A DNA stretch of 64,000 nucleotides from Macrostomum lignano (Eukaryota): positions 186,001-250,000 of the forward strand of contig NIVC01000876.1 in the NCBI GenBank assembly GCA_002269645.1, given 5' to 3'. Below are positions 38,010 through 50,050 of this stretch, piece after piece (the stretch's first letter is position 1; every line of letters begins with the position of its first letter). The position numbers and the translations under genes are program-made. The notes under the pieces were generated by a model. The model worked only from the letters and a program-made list of their open reading frames with translations, had not been told where the DNA came from and made no database searches.

Positions 38010-38860
38010 CAAGAAAAGAGAGGGAGGGAGAAGTAGGGTGAGAGAGGGAACACGGGAGGGTAGGAGAAGAGGAGACAGGAGGGTGAGAGAGGGAGACAAG
38101 GGGTGAGAGAGGGAGAAAGAGAGGGAGACAGGGGGAGAGAGAGAAACAGGAGATTGAGAGAAGGGGAGACGGGAAGGTGAGGAAGGGGAGCCAGGAGGGT
38201 GACGGAGAGGGGGAGACAGGGAGTGAGGGGGAGACAGGGGGTGAGGGGGATACAGGAGGGAGAGGGAGAGGGGGAGACAGGAGGGAGAGGGGGAGACAGA
38301 AGGGTGAGGGGGAGCCAGGAGGGTGAGGGAGAGGGGGAGACAGGAGGGTGAGGGGGAGACAGGGGGTGAGGGAGAGACAGGAGGGAGAGGGAGAGGGGGA
38401 GACTGGAGGGTCAGGGGGGAGACAGGAGGGTGAGGGACAGGGGGAGACAGGAGGGTGAGGAGGGAGCCAGGAGGGTGAGGGAGAGGGGGAGACAGGAGGG
38501 TGAGGGAGAGGGAGATAAGAGGGTGAGAGAGATGAGAAAGGAGGGTAAGAGAGTTGAGACAGGAGGGTGAGGGAGAGGGGGAGACAGGAGGGTGAGGGAG
38601 AGGGAGACAAGAGGGTGAGAGAGATGAGAAAGGAGGGTAAGAGAGTTGAGACAGGAGGGTGAGGGGGAAACAGGAGGGCGAGGGGGAGACAGGAGGGCGA
38701 GGAGAGACAAGAGGGTAAGAGAGATGAGAAAGGAGGGTAAGAGAGTTGAGACAGGAGGGTGAGGGAGAGGGAGACAAGAGGGTGAGAGAGATGAGAAAGG
38801 AGGGTAAGAGAGGGGGAGACAGGAGGGTGAGGGAGAGGGAGACAAGAGGGTGAGAGCAGG
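38010..38860. repeat. GA-rich polypurine degenerate array
   Basis: GAGACAGGAGGGTGAGGGAGAGGG-like units; short (CA)n at about 37755. Confidence 0.88.
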
Positions 38861-39299
38861 TATCGAACATGGCTCGAGTTCGCATTTGAAAAGTCCACCC
38901 AGAGCTGGCCAAAGCTCGTAATGAGCGGGGAGTGAAGGCGGGCTGCAGTGCACTTGGTGGCTCTGCCCTATCGCACTATTATTAACACTGGGCTACTTGC
39001 AGTTCGCACCCCCGCCCTCACTGTGCGCCTCTGTCCCTCCCTCCAGGGTCTCGTTTAGTTTGTCAATCAACGAATATCCAGAGGGGCAGCCCCCCACTGC
39101 TCTGCTATTGACTTTGCAAACTGTATCGGTCATTTTGAAGCTCCCCCGAGCAGTTGAAGGGGTTCAATGTTTTTGTGAACTTTGCAGATGAGCTGTGGAA
39201 ATTGACAGCTCTGTTGGCGCTCTGAATGATCTGGCGCGGAAATAAATGTTGAGATTTGATGCCTGTGGCGCTTAACTGCGAGACAAACTGTGCTAAATC

Positions 39300-41365
39300 C
39301 GGTGTCAGATGGTGCCTAATGTGTGTCAGATGGTGCCTAATGTGTGTCAGATGGTGCCTAATGTGTGTCAGATGGTGCCCAATGTGTGTCAGATGGTTTG
39401 TAATGTGTCAGAGAGGGATCCTAATACGGCTGTCAGATGGTGTCTAATTTGTCAGAGAAGGATCCTAATACGGCTGTCAGATGGTGTCTAATGTGTCAGA
39501 GAAGGATCCTAATACGGCTGTCAGATGGTTTGTAATGTGTCAGAGAGGGATCCTAATACGGCTGTCAGATGGTGTCTAATTTGTCAGAGAAGGATCCTAA
39601 TACGGCTGTCAGATGGTGTCTAATTTGTCAGAGAAGGATCCTAATACGGCTGTCAGATGGTGTCTAATTTGTCAGAGAAGGATCCTAATACGGCTGTCAG
39701 ATGGTGTCTAATTTGTCAGAGAAGGATCCTAATACGGCTGTCAGATGGTGTCTAATGTGTCAGAGAAGGATCCTAATACGGCTGTCAGATGGTGTCTAAT
39801 GTGTGTCAGATGGTGCCTAATGTGTGTCAGATGGTGCCTAATGTGTCAGAGAGGGATCCTAATACGGCTGTCAGATGGTGTCTAATGTGTCAGAGAAGGA
39901 TCCTAATACGGCTGTCAGATGGTGTCTAATGTGTCAGAGAAGGATCCTAATCTGGCTGTCAGATGGTGTCTAATGTGTCAGAGAGGGATCCTAATCTGGC
40001 TGTCAGATGGTGTCTAATGTGTCAGAGAGGGATCCTAATCTGGCTGTCAGATGGTGTCTAATGTGTCAGAGAGGGATCCTAATATGGCTGTCAGGTGGCG
40101 TCTAATGTGTCAGAGAGGGATCCTAATCTGGCTGTCAGATGGTGTCTAATGTGTCAGAGAGGGATCCTAATCTGGCTGTCAGATGGTGTCTAATGTGTCA
40201 GAGAGGGATCCTAATCTGGCTGTCAGATGGTGTCTAATGTGTCAGAGAGGGATCCTAATCTGGCTGTCAGATGGTGTCTAATGTGTCAGAGAGGGATCCT
40301 AATCTGGCTGTCAGATGGTGTCTAATGTGTCAGAGAGGGATCCTAATACGGTTGTCAGATGGTGTCTAATGTGTCAGAGAGGGATCCTAATACGGCTGTC
40401 AGATGGTGTCTAATGTGTCAGAGAGGGATCCTAATACGGTTGTCAGATGGTGTCTAATGTGTCAGAGAGGGATCCTAATCTGGCTGTCAGATGGTGTCTA
40501 ATGTGTCAGAGAGGGATCCTAATCTGGCTGTCAGATGGTGTCTAATGTGTCAGAGAGGGATCCTAATACGGCTGTCAGATGGTGTCTAATGCGTCAGAGA
40601 GGGATCCTAATACGGTTGTCAGATGGTGTCTAATTTGTCAGAGAAGGATCCTAATACGGCTGTCAGATGGTGTCTAATTTGTCAGAGAAGGATCCTAATA
40701 CGGCTGTCAGATGGTGTCTAATGTGTCAGAGAAGGATCCTAATACGGCTGTCAGATGGTGTCTAATGTGTGTCAGATGGTGCCTAATGTGTGTCAGATGG
40801 TGCCTAATGTGTCAGAGAGGGATCCTAATACGGTTGTCAGATGGTGTCTAATGTGTCAGAGAGGGATCCTAATACGGTTGTCAGATGGTGTCTAATGTGT
40901 CAGAGAGGGATCCTAATACGGCTGTCAGATGGTGTCTAATGTGTCAGAGAGGGATCCTAATACGGTTGTCAGATGGTGTCTAATGTGTCAGAGAGGGATC
41001 CTAATCTGGCTGTCAGATGGTGTCTAATGTGTCAGAGAGGGATCCTAATACGGCTGTCAGATGGTGTCTAATGTGTCAGAGAGGGATCCTAATACGGCTG
41101 TCAGATGGTGTCTAATGCGTCAGAGAGGGATCCTAATACGGTTGTCAGATGGTGTCTAATGTGTCAGAGAGGGATCCTAATACGGCTGTCAGATGGTGTC
41201 TAATGTGTCAGAGAGGGATCCTAATATGGCTGTCAGATGGTGTCTAATGCGTCAGAGAGGGATCCTAATACGGCTGTCAGATGGTGTCTAATGTGTCAGA
41301 GAGGGATCCTATACGGTTGTCAGATGGTGTCTAATTTGTCAGAGAGGGATCCTAATATGGCTGTC
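39300..41365. repeat. 44-bp heterodimeric minisatellite, about 45 copies
   Basis: GTCAGATGGTGTCTAATGT (19) + GTCAGAGAGGGATCCTAATACGGCT (25); 21-bp monomers at the left end. Confidence 0.97.
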
Positions 41366-41749
41366 AAAGATGGTCAGGGAAGTGTCAGGGGAAGCCTAAT
41401 AAAAGTGTCAAGAAAACGCATACCCCAATAAAGTGCCCTCCGCCCCAGGCTGTTTCTGCAGTCTCGCATTGCGCCTGTCTTCCAGGGCCCGCGAGGCTGT
41501 CAATAAAGCAAACAAACTTGCCCGGCTGCCTCGTGTCGGCTTTCCCGCTGCCCCAATTGCGGCGATTCGCGTGAATCCCCGACCGGCTTCTCGTATTCAT
41601 CTTTGCCTCGCTGTTTATCCGATTTTTTCTGGACCCGTTGGCCCCCCAATGCTGGTCCTCTGTTGTTTGTGCCAGTGAACTTATTTCTGCTTTTGATGCA
41701 CTTTTGATGATGCAGCTGCTTGTGGGGATGATGAGATTGGAGACTGGCG

Positions 41750-42125
41750 GGGAGAGGAAGATGAGAGAGGGCTGTGAGAGAGAGAGATGAGAGAGGGGGA
41801 GGGAGATAGGAGAGGGTAGGAGAGACAAGAGAGGGAGTGGGTAATAAAAGAGAAAGAGAGGGAGAGGGAGAGGGAGATAAGAGAGGGGAGATAAGAGCGT
41901 AGGAGAGGGAGAGGGAGATAGGAGAGGCTGAGGGAGAGGGAGATAAGAGCGTAGGAGAGGGAGAGAGGAGAGGGTGAGAGAGGGAGATAAGAGCGTAGGA
42001 TAGAGAGAGGGAGATGGGAGAGGGAAAGATACGAGCATAGGAGAGAGAGAGGGAGATAGGAGGGAGAGATGGAAACAAGAGAGGGGAGACAAGAGAGGGG
42101 AGGGAGATAGAAGGGGAGAGAGACA
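41750..42125. repeat. GA-rich polypurine tract
   Basis: Seen directly. Confidence 0.85.
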
Positions 42126-42959
42126 AGCCAGAGGAACGCAGCAGAGTGCTATCAGCCTGAACTTTCTCAAGCCTTACTAGGCTGCACGTTCACCTTCAGC
42201 GAATCAATCACGAAGGAGGCGGTTTTCACCAGCGGGGCTTATTGAGCAGGCATCAGACCGCCGGCTCGAGGCCTGACCATGTCGCTTGAAAAGTGCATCT
42301 GGCACCGCCTGGGCCTGACAGCTTTCTTTCTGATCGTCAAGAAAATGATGAAGCACCCATGGTCAGCTCTGCGGAGTCTGGAAGCGGCAGATGACGGCAA
42401 GTGCCAGATGAATCAAAAATAACCCGGCCTGAAATTTCAGAGGCGCCATTTTAGGCCTCCGCCCTGGGTGAATGAGTTTTCCTAGGCAGGAAGTCATAAA
42501 TCTTGCGGACACCTCGCCACGATCTCCCATTGTCTGCCATCAGCCTGGCGGCAAAATTTGCGCCCGGGCGGGTCTCCGCTGCTGAGCCGCAGAGGATGGA
42601 GAGGGGAGACTGGCGCCAGGATCTCGCTGTCAGGCAATCAACAGGGTGTCATCGGATTCCGTAATTCAATTTGCAGATCTTGTTGCCGACTGGGCGACTG
42701 CGAGCTGGGTTCGAGGCTCAGGACTTCGGGCTCATTGGGGCCTGTTTTGCGTGCTTCTGCACTCAGCCAGCCAGTCAGTCAGTCAGCCAGTCTAATTGTC
42801 TGCCTGCCTGCCTGCCTGCCCTGTGCGCTGAAAGATGAGCTCTGCTGAAATTGGCGAGCCAGGAAGTCAGCAAGTCAATTTTGTGGGGAGCAGCTGGTGG
42901 TGCAGCCTGGCTTGAGATGCTCAGTGACATTTTCTGTGCTTTTTATTAGCTTTGAGTTC

Positions 42960-43310
42960 ATCGGTGAGTTCATGAGTGAGTTCTTGAGTGAGCTCATGAG
43001 TGAGTTCATGAGTGAGTTATGAGTGAGTTCATGAGTGAGTTCATGAGTGAGTTCATGAGTGAGTTATGAGTGAGTTTATGAGTGAGTTATGAGTGAGTTC
43101 ATGAGTGAGGTCATGAGTGAGTTCATGAATGAGTTTATGAGTGAGTTCATGAGTGAGTTTATGAGTGAGTTATGAGTGAGCTCATGAGTGAGTTCATGAG
43201 TGAGTTCATGAGTGAGTTTATGAGTGAGTTATGAGTGAGTTCATGAGTGAGGTCATGAGTGAGTTCATGAATGAGTTTATGAGTGAGTTCATGAGTAAAT
43301 TCATGAGTTA
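42960..43310. repeat. 11-12 bp minisatellite
   Basis: TGAGTGAGTTCA. Confidence 0.95.
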
Positions 43311-44224
43311 GCATTTCAAAATGACATTCACTGCAGTCACTTGTTGGCTGACAATGAGGCAGGGAAGTGCAGGTCAGGCAGTTTGCAGTTACTCAGCTCA
43401 AATATTTGCTGACTGACAGCCCTGCATGCACCCGGCGCAGATGATAACTCCCGGGTCCGCAGATCAGGTCACCGCCCCGTCTGCCAGCAGTATGGCAAAT
43501 GTTTGGCAGCAATTTTAATAAATCTGATGCAGCTTTATGAAAATGTCCCAACACAGCTCTCAGCTCACGGAAGCTAAAATATAATGCCTATAGATAGTAT
43601 CATCGTGGACTACTAAGTACGGTTATCTATATAGAATTTGGATTGGAAACCGGGGCTACCCCTGCAGAGACAATCCGCCAGCCCTCCGAGAGCTGCCAGT
43701 TAAGTTGAGTGGGCGGTGGCAGCAGCGGCGGTGCCATCACGCAAGCGCAGCATCGGTCAGCTGACAGCTGAGTCCTCTCCGGCTGGGACTTCCTGATCGG
43801 ATTAATTATCTCGTTGGCCGGCCGGCCGGCCCTCCATGTCCTCGCCAATGCTCTCTCCCTTCCCGGAATCTCATTGAAACTAAACCCCCCCCTTAGCAGC
43901 AGCCTCATCTGAGCTGGGGAGGCTGGGAGACAGAAATTAGCGGAATACAATGGCAGGAAAAATGGACGGTCCCACAGTCTGTCTGTCTGTCCTGACTGGA
44001 ATTTTGCCGCAGCAATCTCTGGGAGCCGACGAGAGTGAAGTTTCCTGACTGTCCAGTCGGTCTCGAAAACAATTGGCGAGCTGGGCGAGAGTGAGTGAGC
44101 TGAAATGTGTGCCAATTTGGCTAATTCACTCACTTTCACTTGAGTCCGATTGCTCCGGTGTATGGTGGAGCTCTGGGGCCTCGGCTAGTGCGCTAATTTT
44201 CATCCCATGGTGCAAACCATGGGA

Positions 44225-44818
44225 TGGCGCCAGATCAGAGATTAACAGAGATGGCGCCAGACTCAACTAGCAGAGATGGCGCCAGACTCAACTAGCAGAG
44301 ATGGCGCCAGACTCAATTATCAGAGATGGCGCCAGACTCAATATTATCAGAGATGGCGCCAGACTCAATATTATCAGAGATGGCGCCAGACTCAATATTA
44401 TCAGAGATGGCGCCAGACTCAATATTATCAGAGATGGCGCCAGACTCAATATTATAAGAGTGAGAGAGCTTACTCTCTCATTGCTTACTTTCTCACCGCT
44501 TACCATCTCAACGCTTACTTTCTCAACGCTTACTCTCTCACCGCTTACTCTCTCATTGCTTACTCTCACCGTTTAATCTCTTACCGCTTACTCTCACCGC
44601 TTACTCTCTCACCGCTTACTCTCTCACCGCTTACTCTCTCACCGCTTACTCTCTCACCGCTTACTCTCTCACCGCTTACTCTCTCACCGCTTACTCTCTC
44701 ATCACTTACTCTCTCATCGCTTACTCTCTCACCGCTTACTCTCTCACCGCTTACTCTCTCACCGCTTACTCTCTCACCGCTTACTCTCTCACCGCTTACT
44801 CTCTCACCGCTTACTCCT
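44225..44818. repeat. Two abutting minisatellites: 27-bp CAGAGATGGCGCCAGACTCAATATTAT (to about 44455) and 15-bp ACCGCTTACTCTCTC (from about 44465)
   Basis: Seen directly. Confidence 0.93.
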
Positions 44819-45444
44819 CTCTCCATCTGACTCGTGCCCTCCATCCGACTTCACTTTCTCAGCAATTATCCAGTTTCCAAGAGCCCCATCATTCATTATC
44901 TTACTCAAACTGATACTTCAAACGAATTTTATTTGCCATTCCAACTCAGCCGGTGCAGGTGAGTTAAATGGGCCCGCGGAGACCCTTCAACCCTCAACAG
45001 CCCCATTTTCGATACAAACTCCAATTTTAAAGTGAGTATTTTATTTTTCAAGCCGCTGCACGCTTAACGTATCTGTATGTTTAGGCGGGGTCAGCGCACT
45101 ACGAACTGGAGTTCTGATCTCGATTGCGTAACCACCCCTTAGTAATTAAGGCCAGCGACCCCATCGGCTCCTCAATCCCTGGCCTCTTCCTTCCTGCTTC
45201 TTTTAGTCGGCGACCTTTCATTCTCTTCTCCTGTCCAGCTGAGCTGTGGTGTGCTCAGCCTGTCTGAGTGGCTCTTCCGACATCTGCGGCTGCCCTCCCA
45301 GCCTCTCCTGTCCTTCATCTCTGCCGATCGCATTCTTGGCTTGATTTAGAAATCTCAGTTTACCAAGCTTTTGCTGTTGTTGTCGACTTCATTTGGATTT
45401 ATCAGGAGCGGAGGATTGAAATCTTGAAGCTGGATTTTTAGCTC

Positions 45445-46440
45445 AGTCTGAGTCTACCTCTGTGTCCCCTGAGTCTACCTCTGTGTCCCCTGAGTCTACC
45501 TCTGTGTCTCCTGAGTCTACCTCTGTGTCCCCTGAGTCTACCTCTGTGTCTCCTGAGTCTACCTCTGTGTCCCCTGAGTCTACCTCTGTGTCTCCTGAGT
45601 CTACCTCTGTGTCCCCTGAGTCTACCTCTGTGTCCCCTGAGTCTACCTCTGTGTCCCCTGAGTCTACCTCTGTGTCCCCTGAGTCTACCTCTGTGTCCCC
45701 TGAGTCTACCTCTGTGTCCCCTGTGTCTACATCTGTGTCTACCTCTGTGTCCCCTGAGTCTACCTCTGTGTCCCCTGAGTCTACCTCTGTGTCCCCTGAG
45801 TCTACCTCTGTGTCCCCTGAGTCTACCTCTGTGTCCCCTGAGTCTACCTCTGTGTCCCCTGAGTCTACCTCTGTGTCCCCTGAGTCTACCTCTGTGTCCC
45901 CTGAGTCTACCTCTGTGTCCCCTGAGTCTACCTCTGTGTCCCCTGAGTCTACCTCTGTGTCTACCTCTGAGTCTCCTGTGTCTACTTCTGAGTTTACCTC
46001 TGTGTCTACCTCTGTGTCTACCTCTGTGTCTACCTCTGTCTTACTCTGTGTCCACCTGTGTATCTATCTCTGTGTCCACCTGTGTATCTACCTCTGTGTC
46101 CACCTGTGTATCTACTTCTGAGTCTACCTCTGTGTCAACTTCTGAGTCTACCTCTGTCTTACTCTGTGTCCACCTGTGTATCTACCTCTGTGTCCACCTG
46201 TGTATCTACCTCTGTGTCTACATGTGTATCCACCTCTGTGTCTACATGTGTATCTACCTCTGTGTCTACATGTGTATCTACCTCTGTGTCCACCTGTGTA
46301 TCTACCTCTGTTTCCACCTGTGTATCTACCTCTGTGTCCACCTGTGTATCTACCTCTGTGTCCACCTGTGTATCTACCTCTGTGTCCACCTGTGTATCTA
46401 CCTCTGTGTCCACCTGTGTATCTACCTCTGTGTCCACAGA
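45445..46440. repeat. 21-bp GTGTCCCCTGAGTCTACCTCT array grading into a related 24-bp GTGTCCACCTGTGTATCTACCTCT array
   Basis: Seen directly; source of the spurious SPESTSV ORF. Confidence 0.95.
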
Positions 46441-46974
46441 TTTACATCTACAATTTACCAATATCTACCTATGCATCTACCTTTATGCCTACACATTTAT
46501 CTACACGTGTCTACCATTTTATCTACTTTTGTATTCTTAATTCTGTATCCACCTCGAACTTTCTAATTTGCTGTCATCCAATTTTATGACCGAACTCTCG
46601 ACATCTCAGCTGTCAATTGACTAACCTTTCAGTTGAGATTCTCTGTGCCAGGTTGCAGCAGCTGATGCTCTCTCTTAAGGTTTCAGGTGGCGGCTGGCCT
46701 TCAAACGAAACCTTTCAATGAAATCCCGGCCGAGTTTGGCGTCGGATTTCGGCCCATTAGCGAGTTCAGAAACCCCTCTGGCATGGCTTTTGTTTGTTAA
46801 TGCTGGCTGCTGAGTAGCAGCTCATGCTCTGATTGTCAGCACTCGCTATGGGGTTGCGTACTGAATAGCTGAACTCACTTCTTCAGTAGGCTGGAGACCT
46901 GTGGCCTCTATGACCCTATGACTAAGCCGATTATTTAATCAATATTACTATATGACTATGATGACCCTATGAAC

Positions 46975-47865
46975 AAGATGATCATGACCAGCATGACCAT
47001 ATAAACAAACGACTGTATGACCAAAATGACCATATGACCAAAATGACTGAATGACCAAAATGACTGAATGACCAAAATGACCATATGATCAAAATGACTG
47101 AATGACCAAAATGACTGAATGACCAAAATGACCATATGACCAAAATGACCATATGACCAAAATGACCATATGATCAAAATGACTGAATGACCAAAATGAC
47201 CATATGACCAAAATGACCATATGACCAAAATGACCATATGATCAAAATGATTGAATGACCGAAATGACCATATGACCAAAATGACCATAGGACCAAAATG
47301 ACCATAGGACCAAAATGACCATATGACCAAAATGACTGAATGACCAAAATGACTGAATGACCAAAATGACCATATGACCAAAATGACTGAATGACCAAAA
47401 GGACCATATGACCAAAATGACCATGTGACCTAAATGACCATGTGACCAAAATGACTATATGACCAAAATGACCATGTGACCAAAATGACCATGTGACCAA
47501 AATGACCATGTGACCAAAATGATCATATGACCAAAATGACTATATGACCAAAATGACTATATGACCAAAATGACTGAATGACCAAAAGGACCATATGACC
47601 AAAATGACCATGTGACCTAAATGACCATGTGACCAAAATGACTATATGACCAAAATGACCATGTGACCAAAATGACCATGTGACCAAAATGACCATGTGA
47701 CCAAAATGATCATATGACCAAAATGACTATATGACCAAAATGACTATATGACCAAAATGACCATGTGACTAAAATGACCATGTGACCAAAATGACCATGT
47801 GACCAAAATGACCATGTGACCAAAATGACCATATGGCCGAAATGACTGTACGACCAAAATGACTA
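46975..47865. repeat. 17-bp minisatellite (9+8 dimer)
   Basis: TGACCAAAA-TGACCATA. Confidence 0.95.
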
Positions 47866-48689
47866 CATGTATATGAGCAAGATCATTCTGTAACCAGCAT
47901 TACCCATCAACAAAGTGACCCCTATCAGTGACCCCTAGCGCCTGTCACAATGTCAAGCGCTAATCCTTACAGAAATTTTCTCCACTCGAAATAAAACCCC
48001 CGGCCTCCCATTCGAGGATTCGATCAGGTTTGAGCTCTGTGTCCTGAGCTCAATGCATGCTGCAGCACCGAACCCTCCCCCCTTACAAATCGAATATCAA
48101 CATGGGAATTGAAAGCCTCAGATGAGGATTTCAACTCGCAGGCATTGGCGAAAACTGTTAACCCGAATATCCGATGCAGGCAAACGTTGCTTTGGAAACT
48201 TTCGAGTCTTTACTCAACCCAGTGATTACGCAATCATATTTCTGCTGGCTGCTCCCCCCGCTACCGGTGCGAGAAAATGCAGAATAAGTCGGCTATGAGA
48301 CCGCGGCTCGATCGCCCCCCCCCTCCCTGCAGCGGGGAAATCCTTGCCCGTCCACTTCCCACTCGAAACACCGGTGTTTGAGGCGAGCTGGAGTGTAGGC
48401 TGGAAGTCTGGGATCGAAATCCCCCCTACTGTCCTGTGGGACTCCTGACTGACTCTGTGAGTCTGACTGCAGCCGCGTCCCAGATCTACTGTGCCCCACC
48501 TGACATCAGCGGCGGCTCCCTGCGATTCGCTGGAAACTGCCTGCTCAGGCCGTTTCTGATGCGAAAGCAGACTGGATGAATGATCTGCTGGCAATCACTC
48601 TGTAGCTCTCCCCCACTCACCTCTGCCATCTCTCTGCCTCTACCCTCCCCCTCTTCTCTCCCCTCCACCCTCCTTCTTCCCCTCCCTCT

Positions 48690-49220
48690 CTTCTCTCCTC
48701 TCCCCTTCTTCTCCCTCCTCCTATTATTCTCTCCTCTCCCCCTCCTTCTCTTCTTCCTCCTTCTCTTCCTCCTTCTCTTCCTCCTCCTTCTCTTCCTCCT
48801 CCTTCTCTTCCTCCTCCTTCTCTTCCTCCTCCTTCTCTTCCTCCTTCTCTTCCTCCTCCTTCTCTTCCTCCTTCTCTTCCTCCTCCTTCTCTTCCTCCTC
48901 CTTCTCTTCCTCCTTCTCTTCCTCCTTCTCTTCCTCCTCCTTCTCTTCCTCCTTCTCTTCCTCCTTCTCTTCCTCCTCCTTCTCTTCCTCCTCCTTCTCT
49001 TCCTCCTTCTCTTCCTCCTTCTCTTCCTCCTTCTCTTCCTCCTTCTCTTCCCTCCTCCTTCTCTTCCTCCTTCTCTTCCTCCTTCTCTTCCTCCTTCTCT
49101 TCCCTCCTCCTTCTCTTCCTCCTTCTCTTCCTCCTTCTCTTCCTCCTCCTTCTTCTCCTCCTTCTCTTCCTCCTTCTCTTCCTCCTCCTTCTCTTCCTCC
49201 TCCTTATCTTCCTCCTTCTT
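48690..49220. repeat. CT-only low-complexity array
   Basis: CTTCTCTTCCTC-type units. Confidence 0.92.
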
Positions 49221-49814
49221 TCTCCCTTTTTTCTTAAATTCTAATCAATTATTTTTGCACCTGGACTCTTATCAACATGTTACAAGCCAAATCTTGTATT
49301 TTTGCTGCTAAACAGCCTGACTATTTTCAGTCTATTATTACAAAAAAACACAAGCTTTCAAAACCCGTTGATCTCAGGTCCGAAGTGAAGTGTCCGATCT
49401 CAGGTTGACAGAGGCGGCACAATGGCAGCTCAAATAACAGAACGCGTAAGACTAAACTGCCAGACACAGTTAGCGGTTTGAATGCTCAAGTTGAGCATAC
49501 CTACTCATTAAAGTCGGCAGTTTAAAGCCCAAAAGGCGGCGGTTCTCACCATTTTTTCTCGGTCCTGACAAGGGCCACCTTGGCTATTCAAGACGAATTT
49601 TAATGCAGTTTTTTGTTTTTTTGCTGTTTAATGCTGCGAAGTTGAGCTTGCGCTAGATACCAGATGAGATGTAGTGCCCTGGGCATGGTGAGGATAGGTG
49701 AGAAGAAAGGTATAAAGGAAGAGGTAGATAAGAAGAATTAGATAGGAGATGTAGAATGGGAAGGTAGATACGTAGAGAAGAAGAGAAGACGATAGGGATA
49801 TGTTCATAGTGAGA

Positions 49815-50050
49815 GGTAGATAATGAGAGGTAGATAATGAGAGGTAGATAATGAGATTTTGGATAGGGAGAGGTCAATAATAAAAGGTATATAGTGATAA
49901 GTAGATATGGAGAGGTAGATAGGGAGAGGTAACTAATGTGAGGTAGCTTATGGGAGGTAGCTAATGAGAGGTAGCTAATGAGAGGTAGCTAATGAGAGGT
50001 AGATATGGAGAGGTAGATATGGAGAGGTAGATACGGAGAGGTAGATAGGT
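49815..50050. repeat. 14-bp degenerate minisatellite
   Basis: GAGAGGTAGATAAT. Confidence 0.8.
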
